Source: Candidatus Shapirobacteria bacterium (GTDB taxonomy: Bacteria > Patescibacteriota > Microgenomatia > UBA12405). Taken from it: 64,000 nucleotides of DNA. This document shows, piece after piece, positions 9,277-18,114 of the stretch. The stretch's first letter is position 1, and every line of letters starts with the position of its first letter. The notes beneath the pieces are model-generated. The model saw only the letters and a list, made by a program, of their open reading frames with translations. It was not told where the DNA came from and did no database searches. Where the stretch lies: contig JACPHO010000006.1 of assembly GCA_016188545.1 (NCBI GenBank), forward strand, positions 693 to 64,692, written 5' to 3'. A program made the position numbers and the translations under genes.

Positions 9277-10152
9277 ATGTTCCTAGCACTGCTGGTACTA
9301 TTACTTGTCGTATTTGCGCGGCCTGCTAACGCTCAAATTCCCCTATTCTACCAGCTTCTTGAAGCATATCATCCTGTTTACTATTACAATCCCATCATCA
9401 GTCTTTCTAGTCCAGAAGTTCTTGGTGTCGGAACAAGTGCTACAGCTACGGCCACCCCCACTTCTGCTCCTACTAATATTGGTGGTGGTGACAAAGTAAC
9501 CACCATAGCTCTTTTAGGTGATTCCATGATTGACACCCTTGGCCAATATGTCACTACCCTCGACCAATCCCTTGCTCGCCAGTACCCAAATCGCTCGTTT
9601 AACCTTTTAAATTATGGCGTTGGCAGCCGCGACATCGAATACGGTCTCTATCGTCTAACTAATGGTTATGAATATCAAGGAAAACATATCGACAGTTTAG
9701 TTTCCGCCAACCCCGATATTGTTGTCGTCGAATCATTTGCTTACAACAACTTTGGCAACACCCAGCCAGGTATTGATCGTCACTGGCTAGCCCTTGGAGC
9801 GATCACCACTACTATTAAACACCGACTTCCCAAAGCCAAGATAATTATTGCTGCTACTATCGCCCCCAACTCCATTGTCTACGGCAATGGCATTAAAGAC
9901 CTCCATCTAACTTCACTCGAAAAAATTGAAAAAGCTAACACCACCAAACTCTATCTCCAAAACGCCATCAATTACGCTACTTCTCAAGGGTATCCCTTAG
10001 CCAACGCTTATCAAGCCAGTCTTTCTGGTAACGACGGTCAGCGTCAATATATCAGCTCAACCGACAATCTCCACCCTTCAGCAATGGGTGCTTCACTTTT
10101 TTCTGACTCCATTGCTAAGACTATTGAAAAACACAAGTTACTTGAGAATTAA
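9277..10152 (+). CDS. Secreted SGNH/GDSL-family hydrolase
   Basis: Signal peptide MFLALLVLLLVVFARPANA; block-I motif ALLGDSMID with catalytic Ser. Confidence 0.65.
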   Translation: MFLALLVLLLVVFARPANAQIPLFYQLLEAYHPVYYYNPIISLSSPEVLGVGTSATATATPTSAPTNIGGGDKVTTIALLGDSMIDTLGQYVTTLDQSLARQYPNRSFNLLNYGVGSRDIEYGLYRLTNGYEYQGKHIDSLVSANPDIVVVESFAYNNFGNTQPGIDRHWLALGAITTTIKHRLPKAKIIIAATIAPNSIVYGNGIKDLHLTSLEKIEKANTTKLYLQNAINYATSQGYPLANAYQASLSGNDGQRQYISSTDNLHPSAMGASLFSDSIAKTIEKHKLLEN

Positions 10153-10159
10153 TTCAAAG

Positions 10160-10378
10160 TTAAGCCGAAGCAGGTCCTACTATTCTCACTGTTGGCATTC
10201 CTGAGAAAGCTCTCCTAGATTCCTCTTCTAACTTTTGACGAATTCTCTCTGCTTCTGCGGCTGAAACAGTTTCTTTTGACCACAACGGACGACTTACACC
10301 ATCTTGATGAGTAAACATTCCCGGTACCAATCTCTCAATGATAACTTTCCCTTCAACTGCGGTTGCTGTTACTGCCAT
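10160..10378 (-). CDS. Hypothetical small protein
   Basis: 72-aa ORF, GC-richer than surroundings, immediately downstream of the next small ORF (two-gene module). Confidence 0.3.
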   Translation of the reverse strand: MAVTATAVEGKVIIERLVPGMFTHQDGVSRPLWSKETVSAAEAERIRQKLEEESRRAFSGMPTVRIVGPASA

Positions 10379-10384
10379 ATTTTT

Positions 10385-10636
10385 TTAATAACTTCTAACT
10401 AATAACTCACCACACTCACAGGTTATTTCATTTGGAATACGCCTCAAAAATGCCCCAAAATCTGGGGCATCCGTCAATTTAAATTCTTTTATCTGTAAAA
10501 TCTTGTCATCACTTACTCTAGGAACAGTACATCTCAACCCACCGCACTTATGAACATAATAGGTCAACACTCTACCAGTTACCTCACGACTCACTGCTAT
10601 TGTCGCCATTTGCCAATTGTAGCATACCCGATACAT
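10385..10636 (-). CDS. Hypothetical small Cys-containing protein (possible zinc ribbon)
   Basis: 83-aa ORF; KCGGLRC ... CEC Cys pairs; likely start at the internal MATIAV. Confidence 0.3.
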   Translation of the reverse strand: MYRVCYNWQMATIAVSREVTGRVLTYYVHKCGGLRCTVPRVSDDKILQIKEFKLTDAPDFGAFLRRIPNEITCECGELLVRSY

Positions 10637-10801
10637 ACTCTGTCTACCACTAAAGACTTAAAATTTAGGTACAAAAAGTAAAATGTTTGTGATATATAAA
10701 TATTATGATTTTAAAAATAAACTACGCCAAAAAGACAAGCATGGTCTAGGTAAAAACTTATATCATTGCCATAACTTCGGATTTGTTTTACAATATCAGC
10801 C

Positions 10802-10981
10802 ATGGCCAAAGCAAAAAAAACACCTCGGATTTTGATCGCCCTCAACTGCGCAGTCTGTGGAGCACAAAACTATCTTTCCGAAAAGAATAAAACCAATACT
10901 CCAGACAAACTCAAATTCATCAAGTATTGCAACTGGTGCAAAAAACGTACCGAACACAAAGAATCCACCAAACTAAAGTAA
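10802..10981 (+). CDS. rpmG: 50S ribosomal protein L33
   Basis: Not in the ORF track (59 aa). MAKAKKTPRILIALNCAVCGAQNYLSEKNKTNTPDKLKFIKYCNWCKKRTEHKESTKLK carries the L33 zinc-ribbon pattern C-x2-C ... C-x2-C and NTPD. Confidence 0.85.
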   Translation: MAKAKKTPRILIALNCAVCGAQNYLSEKNKTNTPDKLKFIKYCNWCKKRTEHKESTKLK

Positions 10982-11039
10982 TCCGTAATTCGTAAACCGT
11001 AAACCGTGTTACGTATTACTTTTTACGTATTACGAAATA

Positions 11040-11837
11040 ATGAATAATCTCGAAAACATCTACATCTCCCCTCTCGAACTGTGTAATTTGCGTTGTCTAT
11101 ACTGCTACACTGACAAAACTAAAAGTATTTTGAGTAACGATCAAATACTGAGTTTTATCGATAATTACTCTCATCTTATTCATAAATCATATTTCCTAAA
11201 TCTTAAATCAATTATCTTCTGTGGTGGTGAAGTTTTCACTCTCAAAGACTTTCCGTCTCTTGTCAACACTGTAATATCTAAAGGTATTTTTGTCTCAGTG
11301 ATTACCAACGGTGTTATCGACCGTCTTGATGAAATTAAAGAACCACACAATTGCCAACTCATCGTTTCCTTCGACGGCCCTCAAAAAATCCACGACCATA
11401 ACCGAGGTAAAGGAAACTTCAAAAAATCAAAAGGTTTTGTCAAAAAAGCCCTAAGGTTAGGTTTTCCGATCGAAATATTTTATCTAATCACCAAAGATTC
11501 TTACCCCTACAAAGACACCTTTCCTAAGTTGTTTTATTCATACTTCATACTTCATAAATCATATATCCATTTCACCTATCTTACCGACCGTCTCGGTTCA
11601 CTGACCAAAGACCAGGAAAAAGACATCCGCACTAACTATCCTTGTTATCCACCCAAAGATTTTGGCTGCAATGTCTTCTCTTTACAATCAAATGGTAACT
11701 TTTATGGATGTTGTGAATCAGCCCGATCCATCGGAAATCTAAGCGACCCGCTTATGCCAACAGTCCGCAAATATCTTGATATCATCACCCTCCACCCCAA
11801 GTGCTCCGATCCTGATTATTGGTGTGGGCTAAAATAG
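11040..11837 (+). CDS. Small radical SAM enzyme with C-terminal Cys-rich (SPASM/twitch-like) region
   Basis: 265 aa; CNLRCLYC (CxxxCxxC) at residues 15-22; C-terminal CNVFSLQSNGNFYGCCES and CSDPDYWCG. Confidence 0.65.
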   Translation: MNNLENIYISPLELCNLRCLYCYTDKTKSILSNDQILSFIDNYSHLIHKSYFLNLKSIIFCGGEVFTLKDFPSLVNTVISKGIFVSVITNGVIDRLDEIKEPHNCQLIVSFDGPQKIHDHNRGKGNFKKSKGFVKKALRLGFPIEIFYLITKDSYPYKDTFPKLFYSYFILHKSYIHFTYLTDRLGSLTKDQEKDIRTNYPCYPPKDFGCNVFSLQSNGNFYGCCESARSIGNLSDPLMPTVRKYLDIITLHPKCSDPDYWCGLK

Positions 11838-11887
11838 CCAAACAACCTGGTTATTTGCTCACCATCAAAAAAGCGATAGAATTTACT

Positions 11888-13285
11888 ATGCCAACAACCC
11901 AAGATAAGGCCAAAGAAGTTTTACTTCACAATCTTTATGAAGTTGAACTAAACCACATCCTCTACCGCCGCACTGTACCTTCCCGCGAATTTTATATCCA
12001 TCAATGGAATTGGGATTCCGCCACTCACGCCATGGGGTTAGTTCACATCGATCCAAGTCGTGCCTATGATGAAATAATCTCCTTAATCTCCGGACAATGG
12101 GACAATGGGCTGATTGCTCAAATAACCTTCAACCCCAATGAGTCTAAGTATTTTCCCGGACCTCAATTCTGGAACACCCAGCAATTTTCCCAAGGGGAAA
12201 TATCCACTTCGGGTATAACCCAACCACCACTTTTGGGTTTTAGCATCTGGTATGTTTATCAGAACTCTCCTAATAAGAAGGCTGCCACTGAGTTTTTATC
12301 AAAAACTCTCCCCGCCTTAAAAAAATACCATCATTATCTAAAAACGTTCCGTGACCCAGAAGATTCTGGGTTGTTAACAGTCGTTCACCCTTGGGAAAGT
12401 GGTTTAGATAACAGCCCTCGTTGGGATGACCCACTCAAAAATATTAGCTTAGACTCCATTCCCGATTCAGTAAAAATTTTGGTAAATACTTACAGAAGTG
12501 ACAACAAGATCGGTAATAACACACATCGTCCTGGTCTTGAAGATTACTATCGCTATATGTATTTAGTTTATCTATTCTCGGAGTGGAAATGGGACTATTC
12601 TAAAATAGTTACCGATTCACCATTTGCTGTTAAAGATATCTTGTTTAATTCACTTTGGGCATTGTCAAATGAGGCACTTTCCTCATTATGTTCAACTGTT
12701 AGTGAATCTGAGGATGCAGCTTATTTCCTAAAGCTCGCCAACCAAACCTCACTCGCCATTCAAAAACAGTGGTCGGATTCAGAATCACTTTTCCAAGACG
12801 TTGATGTTAGCCTCGGTCAACACAAAGCAATTACGTCTAATACCATTTCCACCTTCTCCCCATTAATGACTTCCGGTGTCACTCTAGAAATTATCAAGTC
12901 TTTGCACACCCGACTAAATGACCCTTCACAATACGCCACCCCATACCCTCTTCCCACTACCTCACTCAATAATCCTGTCTTTGAAACCAAACGTTACTGG
13001 CGTGGACCCACTTGGCCTATTACCAACTTATTTACCATTCTCGGACTACATCGTTATCGTCAAAACCAAAAATGTCTGCAGCTTAGAGATAATTTAATTA
13101 ATAATACCAAGCAAATGATAGATTCATCGGGGTTTTTCGAATACTTTGATCCCACTCTTGGTTTGGCACGTCCCAACAACCAAAATGCAGCTTACGGTTT
13201 TGGATCCTTTAGTTGGACAGCCGCTATTTACACTATACTTTCGCAACCAAACTTTACAAAACTCAAACTACCTCTAGAAACCTAG
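11888..13285 (+). CDS. Glycoside hydrolase, GH63-like (alpha/alpha)6-barrel (mannosylglycerate/glucosylglycerate hydrolase-like)
   Basis: About 465 aa from ATG 11888 (the ORF-track start 11819 overlaps the upstream gene). Long soluble protein with a W/Y/acidic-rich catalytic-domain pattern (VVHPWESGLDNSPRWDD, YWRGPTWP) typical of GH63/GH15-like enzymes. Confidence 0.5.
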   Translation: MPTTQDKAKEVLLHNLYEVELNHILYRRTVPSREFYIHQWNWDSATHAMGLVHIDPSRAYDEIISLISGQWDNGLIAQITFNPNESKYFPGPQFWNTQQFSQGEISTSGITQPPLLGFSIWYVYQNSPNKKAATEFLSKTLPALKKYHHYLKTFRDPEDSGLLTVVHPWESGLDNSPRWDDPLKNISLDSIPDSVKILVNTYRSDNKIGNNTHRPGLEDYYRYMYLVYLFSEWKWDYSKIVTDSPFAVKDILFNSLWALSNEALSSLCSTVSESEDAAYFLKLANQTSLAIQKQWSDSESLFQDVDVSLGQHKAITSNTISTFSPLMTSGVTLEIIKSLHTRLNDPSQYATPYPLPTTSLNNPVFETKRYWRGPTWPITNLFTILGLHRYRQNQKCLQLRDNLINNTKQMIDSSGFFEYFDPTLGLARPNNQNAAYGFGSFSWTAAIYTILSQPNFTKLKLPLET

Positions 13286-14506
13286 CTGTTTAAGTTTTTC
13301 CTCTACTGCTTCGTGTGAAAAATACTTCCTGGCGATTTCAAAATTAACATCCGTCATCTTTTTTATTTTTTGTTTATCTGCCAGTATTTGCCGAACTAGT
13401 TCCACTGTATTATCAGTAACTTTTCCATTAATTGCTATTGTCTTAAAACCTAATTTCTCCAAGTCAGTCCGATAAACTTTGTACCTATTTATAAATACCG
13501 GCACTCTAAAATAAATTGCTTCGATAAACTGATTTCCAAAACCTTCAACTTCAGAAGGGTAAGTCATCAGGTCACAGTTATGAAAGCAGTCCCATAAAGT
13601 GTAACTCCTTCTACCGTTTATTATCATCCGATTTGCTTCGACCCTATCGCCAATAAAAACAGCTCGAATTTTTTTAGATTCCACCAATTTCCTCAACTCT
13701 CCCTCATAATCACCAGACTCATCTCCATGCCTCCCCGCCAACACCAAGATTACTCGAGGGTCATTCAACTTAGCCACCAGCTCAATCGATAGTTCAATTT
13801 TTTTGCGAGGCACAATCCTGGTAGCCTGCAAAAATACAATGTCGCTTTTACTTATTCCAAAATCCTTCCGCCACTGTTGTGAAAACCCATTTTTATACGC
13901 TTTTAGATTATTAAAATCAAAACAATCTCCGATAACCATCGAATCAACCCCCGCTCGTTTTTTAAGTTCTAGCGCCGAAATGCTATTGATAGTTACGTGC
14001 TTTATCAGCGGACTAACAGGTGGGAAAAATTTTTGAAAAAACTCAAAACAACTGGACCTCAAATATCTTTTCCTCTCCCACCAAAAGTCATGATGTTTGG
14101 CAATTGTCGGAATTTTGAGATCATCAATTACTCTCGATAAGGCTACCGCCAATGGGAAATGGATTGGCAGACTAAAAACATTTGCCACAATTAAAGCGTC
14201 GAATTTATTATTGATAAACTCTTCCCTTAATACACCCTCAATCCTTCCCGCCAATTCATATATCCTTTTTTCTATTTTTCGATACGAAATATGGTTATCT
14301 ACCACCTCCCGGTGAACTTCGTTGACATTCGGACTGGTAAAGTGGAGCTCTGGAATCAGAATACCCCTCCGATCCAATTCTCCCGCTACAAACACCACCT
14401 TGTGCCCCATTTTTTTCAGTATTTTTCGCCACCGCACCGCCTCCAGGCTAACTCCATCATTTCCCGCAATCCTAAATGACAAATATCCGATTTTCACTAA
14501 CCCCAA
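13274..14506 (-). CDS. Glycosyltransferase family 4 (GT-B fold)
   Basis: 410 aa; C-terminal donor-binding EX7E-like region (TYPSEVEGFGNQFIEAI) and GT4/GT1 architecture. Confidence 0.65.
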   Translation of the reverse strand: MGLVKIGYLSFRIAGNDGVSLEAVRWRKILKKMGHKVVFVAGELDRRGILIPELHFTSPNVNEVHREVVDNHISYRKIEKRIYELAGRIEGVLREEFINNKFDALIVANVFSLPIHFPLAVALSRVIDDLKIPTIAKHHDFWWERKRYLRSSCFEFFQKFFPPVSPLIKHVTINSISALELKKRAGVDSMVIGDCFDFNNLKAYKNGFSQQWRKDFGISKSDIVFLQATRIVPRKKIELSIELVAKLNDPRVILVLAGRHGDESGDYEGELRKLVESKKIRAVFIGDRVEANRMIINGRRSYTLWDCFHNCDLMTYPSEVEGFGNQFIEAIYFRVPVFINRYKVYRTDLEKLGFKTIAINGKVTDNTVELVRQILADKQKIKKMTDVNFEIARKYFSHEAVEEKLKQLGF

Positions 14507-14757
14507 TATATTATTAGCTCACCAGTAAATCAACCACCACTTCTAATTTACTTCTACTTAAGTATCCCCATCCTGATTACAGGTGTGGATAAAATAATAA
14601 TTTAAAGAAGTAATCGTTTTTATAGTCTGTTTCCCTGTCCGCCTGTGGCGGAAACCTGCATTGCAGACTTGATTCTCGTCAATAAAAAATGGTTACAAGG
14701 ACTTGATAAGTTTTAGTTATAAAAAATATCAAAAAAGTTTTTAGGTACAATACACTC

Positions 14758-15621
14758 ATGACCCTCTCCGAATTGCTAAAATTCACCCGCCAATACTTCT
14801 GGAATCTAGGATTTGAAGAAGTCGAGGTAAATTATTTAAACGAGTCCCTCCCCCTTGAACCAAATCTCTATTCATTCGAGACAGTTTGGCGCAATCTCGG
14901 GACAAAATACTATCTGCCAACTTCTCCGGAATTTGCCTTAAAAAACTACTTAGCCAACCACAAAATAGACTGTTTTAGTATCAGCCATTGTTTTCGTGAC
15001 CTGGAAAATAGTGGACCTCAGCATCACCCTGAATTTATAATGTTGGAGTGGTATGAGGTACATAAAAGTTTGAATGACATTCGTACCTCTACTGAAAAAT
15101 ATCTAAAAAAACTAATTCCCGAAATTACTTTTACCTCTTTGACCCTTCCCCAAAATCTTCCTGACAACGAACCTGATTTTAACCAGTTTTTCCTCAACAA
15201 GATCGAACCAACCATTCCCAAAGAAGGCGCCGTTTTTATCACTGGTTATCCGTCATTTTTAAGTCCACTTGCGATACGAGAGTCTGGTGAAGTATACAAT
15301 TTTTTAGAGCACAGCGATCGCGACCAAGCTAGAGCGGAGCCCGAAGGTAGCGAGCATCTAAAAAATTCGTATACAAGCCATAGATTCGAGCTCTACATCA
15401 ATGGTATTGAAATTGCCAATGCTTGCGAGGAAAACCGCGACCCAGAACAAATAAAGTCTGCCTTTATAAGTGAACAAAATTTTCGTCAAAAAAAATCCCT
15501 TCCCTCCCATCCATTTTCTGAAAAATTCATCACAGACTCCTCGCAACTCCCTCCTTCGAGTGGCATTGGACTTGGTTTGGAACGTTTGCTAATGTTAATA
15601 AACCACTCCCAAAAGATATGA
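14758..15621 (+). CDS. Class II aaRS catalytic-core paralog, EpmA/PoxA (EF-P lysine ligase)-like
   Basis: 287 aa, no anticodon-binding domain; LysRS class II motifs FRDLENS..HHPEFIMLEWY (motif 2), ELYINGIEIANACEE, GIGLGLERLLML (motif 3). Confidence 0.6.
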   Translation: MTLSELLKFTRQYFWNLGFEEVEVNYLNESLPLEPNLYSFETVWRNLGTKYYLPTSPEFALKNYLANHKIDCFSISHCFRDLENSGPQHHPEFIMLEWYEVHKSLNDIRTSTEKYLKKLIPEITFTSLTLPQNLPDNEPDFNQFFLNKIEPTIPKEGAVFITGYPSFLSPLAIRESGEVYNFLEHSDRDQARAEPEGSEHLKNSYTSHRFELYINGIEIANACEENRDPEQIKSAFISEQNFRQKKSLPSHPFSEKFITDSSQLPPSSGIGLGLERLLMLINHSQKI

Positions 15622-16286
15622 TCGATCAACCCCAAGACCGCCGCGGTAAAGTCATGGCTGACACAACCACTCTTATGCTTCTCAAAAGTATTAAGGAGTT
15701 GGAGAAAAAATCGACCACTGACTCTCTCACTGGGTTACACAATCGGGACTTCTGGGAACAGGAAACCCCCATCCTCGAACAATCTAAGCGTATGGGATAC
15801 ACCATAATTTCCATTGATGTTGACGGGCTAAAAGAAATCAATGATTCAAAAGGACATCTGGCCGGTGATATTTTGATAAAAAATGCCGCCAACATCCTCA
15901 GGCATACGTTTCGCATCGAAGATCATCTAATTCGTCTCGGTGGTGATGAGCTTTGTGTGATTGTTCCATATGATATGGATCAATTCAAAAACGCTTACGA
16001 GGAATATTTAATAAATACCCTCGACCAGGACGAGTCCAAAGTTCCTAGTATGGAGCAGTTCATAGAGAAAATCCTCACAGACCGATTTAATGACAAAATA
16101 GCTGCTTTCAGTAATTCCCCTGAAGCTGGAGAATATCAAGTAGCTCTTTCTTTTGGGATGTGTACTTCCCTACCCAACGACAACCTTACACCACCTCACA
16201 ACCTAACCAAAGCTTTTAATAACGCCGATGCCCGCATGTATCTAATGAAAGAACTTCATCACCAGTCAGTCACAAATAATATATAA
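15618..16286 (+). CDS. GGDEF-domain protein (diguanylate cyclase-like; motif reads GGDEL)
   Basis: 222 aa; SLTGLHNR, IISIDVDGLKEINDSKGHLAGD, RLGGDELCVIV. Confidence 0.7.
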   Translation: MIDQPQDRRGKVMADTTTLMLLKSIKELEKKSTTDSLTGLHNRDFWEQETPILEQSKRMGYTIISIDVDGLKEINDSKGHLAGDILIKNAANILRHTFRIEDHLIRLGGDELCVIVPYDMDQFKNAYEEYLINTLDQDESKVPSMEQFIEKILTDRFNDKIAAFSNSPEAGEYQVALSFGMCTSLPNDNLTPPHNLTKAFNNADARMYLMKELHHQSVTNNI

Positions 16287-16293
16287 TTAGTCT

Positions 16294-16464
16294 ATGGCCC
16301 AACAACAACAAAAAAATACTCGAATTAAAGCACCTCAAAAACCAATGATGACTCTACCTCCCAAACCATTCTCGCAACCATTCAACAAGCCTTTCTTCAA
16401 CAACAAACAGAAAAGTTTTGCCACTGCTTTTCGCACCCAGAGTAAAGGGGGCGGAGGAAAATAA
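16294..16464 (+). CDS. Hypothetical small low-complexity protein (56 aa)
   Basis: ATG...TAA ORF MAQQQQKNTRIKAPQKPMMTLPPKPFSQPFNKPFFNNKQKSFATAFRTQSKGGGGK; not in the ORF track; basic and Pro/Gln-rich. Confidence 0.2.
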   Translation: MAQQQQKNTRIKAPQKPMMTLPPKPFSQPFNKPFFNNKQKSFATAFRTQSKGGGGK

Positions 16465-16551
16465 CCACAAAAATAAACCAAAAACAATGTTACAATAGGT
16501 TACAAGAGTCAGTCTGTACATTTTAGCTTTTTCTTATACTTTTGTCTTCCT

Positions 16552-17031
16552 ATGACCCCTAAAAACACCAATAAAATCGGCAACTATCTGATCGATTCTA
16601 ACCAAGTCTACTCCATCTATAAGATCGAAAACGACCGTCTTTTCTACCGTCCAGCAGTCAGTGGTGGCAACCACCCTTCTGTCACTGGATCTATTCCTGA
16701 GGCCAACATTGCCATGGCTGGTTTTCGTCCACTGTTAAGCGCCGAAGAAATCAAAACCTTCTTTACTCAGTTAATTAAAGTCCGTCCAGCTACTGAGCCA
16801 ATTGACTCCAAGCTTTTCAAAGAACTTCTAATCAACAACAACCCTCTCGAAATTATTCCCTTACTTAAACAGCTTTGGAAAACCAAAAATCTTCCCAATA
16901 CTAACTTTTCCGGCACAAATCGCGATACTTTAGAAGATATCATCTCCCACCTAACTTTGGAATTCTCCCTAGCTACCAAAAAATCCCCCGATTCCATTCG
17001 TAAGAAGATAATGGCTTCTCTGGTCAAATAA
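16552..17031 (+). CDS. CarD/CdnL-family RNA-polymerase-binding regulator-like
   Basis: 159 aa; N-terminal IGNYLIDSNQVYSIYKI..RLFYRP and SIPEANIAMAGFRPLLSAEEIKTFFTQL resemble the CarD_CdnL_TRCF domain. Moderate certainty. Confidence 0.45.
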   Translation: MTPKNTNKIGNYLIDSNQVYSIYKIENDRLFYRPAVSGGNHPSVTGSIPEANIAMAGFRPLLSAEEIKTFFTQLIKVRPATEPIDSKLFKELLINNNPLEIIPLLKQLWKTKNLPNTNFSGTNRDTLEDIISHLTLEFSLATKKSPDSIRKKIMASLVK

Positions 17032-17697
17032 TTATCGTTTTCCAGTTCCAAAAATCAGCGCTGTAGCCGTACCCTTTGTACCTATCCCTACGTAATTCCA
17101 CCGGTTATTCACTTGATTATCATCATGTGGCTTATCACCAGCATAGACCCACTCAATTAGATGTACACCCTCCATCCTATATCCAAAACTAATATTTTCT
17201 CCAACCCAAGTAAATCCTAGCTTGTCATAACCATTATCCTTTTCTAAAAAGTCAACAAACCCCTTGTGCTCATCAGTCGACTTAATACTAAACAAATAAT
17301 CAGCCCTACTTTTGGCATATTTTGCCAAGCCTTCATCCCAGGTTAGTCTTTGTGATCCCCGTCTGACCCGATACTCATTAAGAGCATCAAGTATCTCTTT
17401 GGGTGTTCCCATCCTTTCATCATGTCCTACCTGCATAGTCCAAGTATGTTCGCCCACTTGTCTAGCTACACCCCATTCCCCTGTGGGCACAGCTCGAACG
17501 GGTATCTTAGTCGATATTACTTTAACAATTTTCTGTGTCGGTATCGGAGTCATCGTCAGCGTTGGTTCAACATCTTCTTTTATCTTTTGGATTTTGATTT
17601 TTGGATTTTCTTCGACAACATATCCCACCATTGGATCAATTATTTTGGTTGTAAAAAAACTTAGAACCCAAGCGATCAACATTGAAATAAATTCCAT
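17032..17697 (-). CDS. Membrane-anchored CAP/SCP/PR-1-like domain protein
   Basis: 221 aa; N-terminal TM helix; CAP motifs HTWTMQVGHDE, GENISFGY, HYTQVVW-like WNYVGIG. Confidence 0.55.
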   Translation of the reverse strand: MEFISMLIAWVLSFFTTKIIDPMVGYVVEENPKIKIQKIKEDVEPTLTMTPIPTQKIVKVISTKIPVRAVPTGEWGVARQVGEHTWTMQVGHDERMGTPKEILDALNEYRVRRGSQRLTWDEGLAKYAKSRADYLFSIKSTDEHKGFVDFLEKDNGYDKLGFTWVGENISFGYRMEGVHLIEWVYAGDKPHDDNQVNNRWNYVGIGTKGTATALIFGTGKR

Positions 17698-17710
17698 TCC
17701 CTATTTTACC

Positions 17711-17983
17711 TTACGCCACTATTCTCAACACCACCGGCAAAGCACCTATAAAATCCGCCACACCCATACTTACATCTGAGGGTAAAATTGCTAAGTTCAC
17801 TCTGGCTTCAACTCTAACTCCATTGCCATTAACAAATCCTGCCTCAGGCACCACATCGCCATCATTTAGATGTCTTCTTTCAATTGCGTTTAAGGGAATT
17901 TGTGACTCAACCTTGGCTGTATGCCAATACATAAATGAAGTCGACGCCCCATTCACTCGATACTGCCAGATACCTCCTGCCAT
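17711..17983 (-). CDS. Hypothetical protein
   Basis: 90-aa ORF only; no recognisable motif. Confidence 0.2.
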   Translation of the reverse strand: MAGGIWQYRVNGASTSFMYWHTAKVESQIPLNAIERRHLNDGDVVPEAGFVNGNGVRVEARVNLAILPSDVSMGVADFIGALPVVLRIVA

Positions 17984-18114
17984 ATTACTTATTATACTCC
18001 TTCTCTCTTCCTTCCTAAATTAGGATATTTTTTGTTAAAATCAAAGGCACCTTAGCAAAACAATATCTCATTTCTCAATTGAAAATTGTTTATTGAAAAT
18101 TGAAGATTAATTTT

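Noticed and set aside
10802-10981. rpmG (L33) product as a precursor peptide for the adjacent rSAM enzyme
   Set aside because: L33 is a universally conserved ribosomal protein, and its adjacency to the rSAM gene is more simply explained by chance. There is no leader or core peptide architecture.
11040-11837. Radical SAM gene as EpmB (lysine 2,3-aminomutase partner of the EpmA-like gene 3 kb away)
   Set aside because: KamA/EpmB proteins are about 340 aa or more, with the CxxxCxxC motif near residue 120 and a PLP-binding lysine. This protein is 265 aa with the motif at residue 15.
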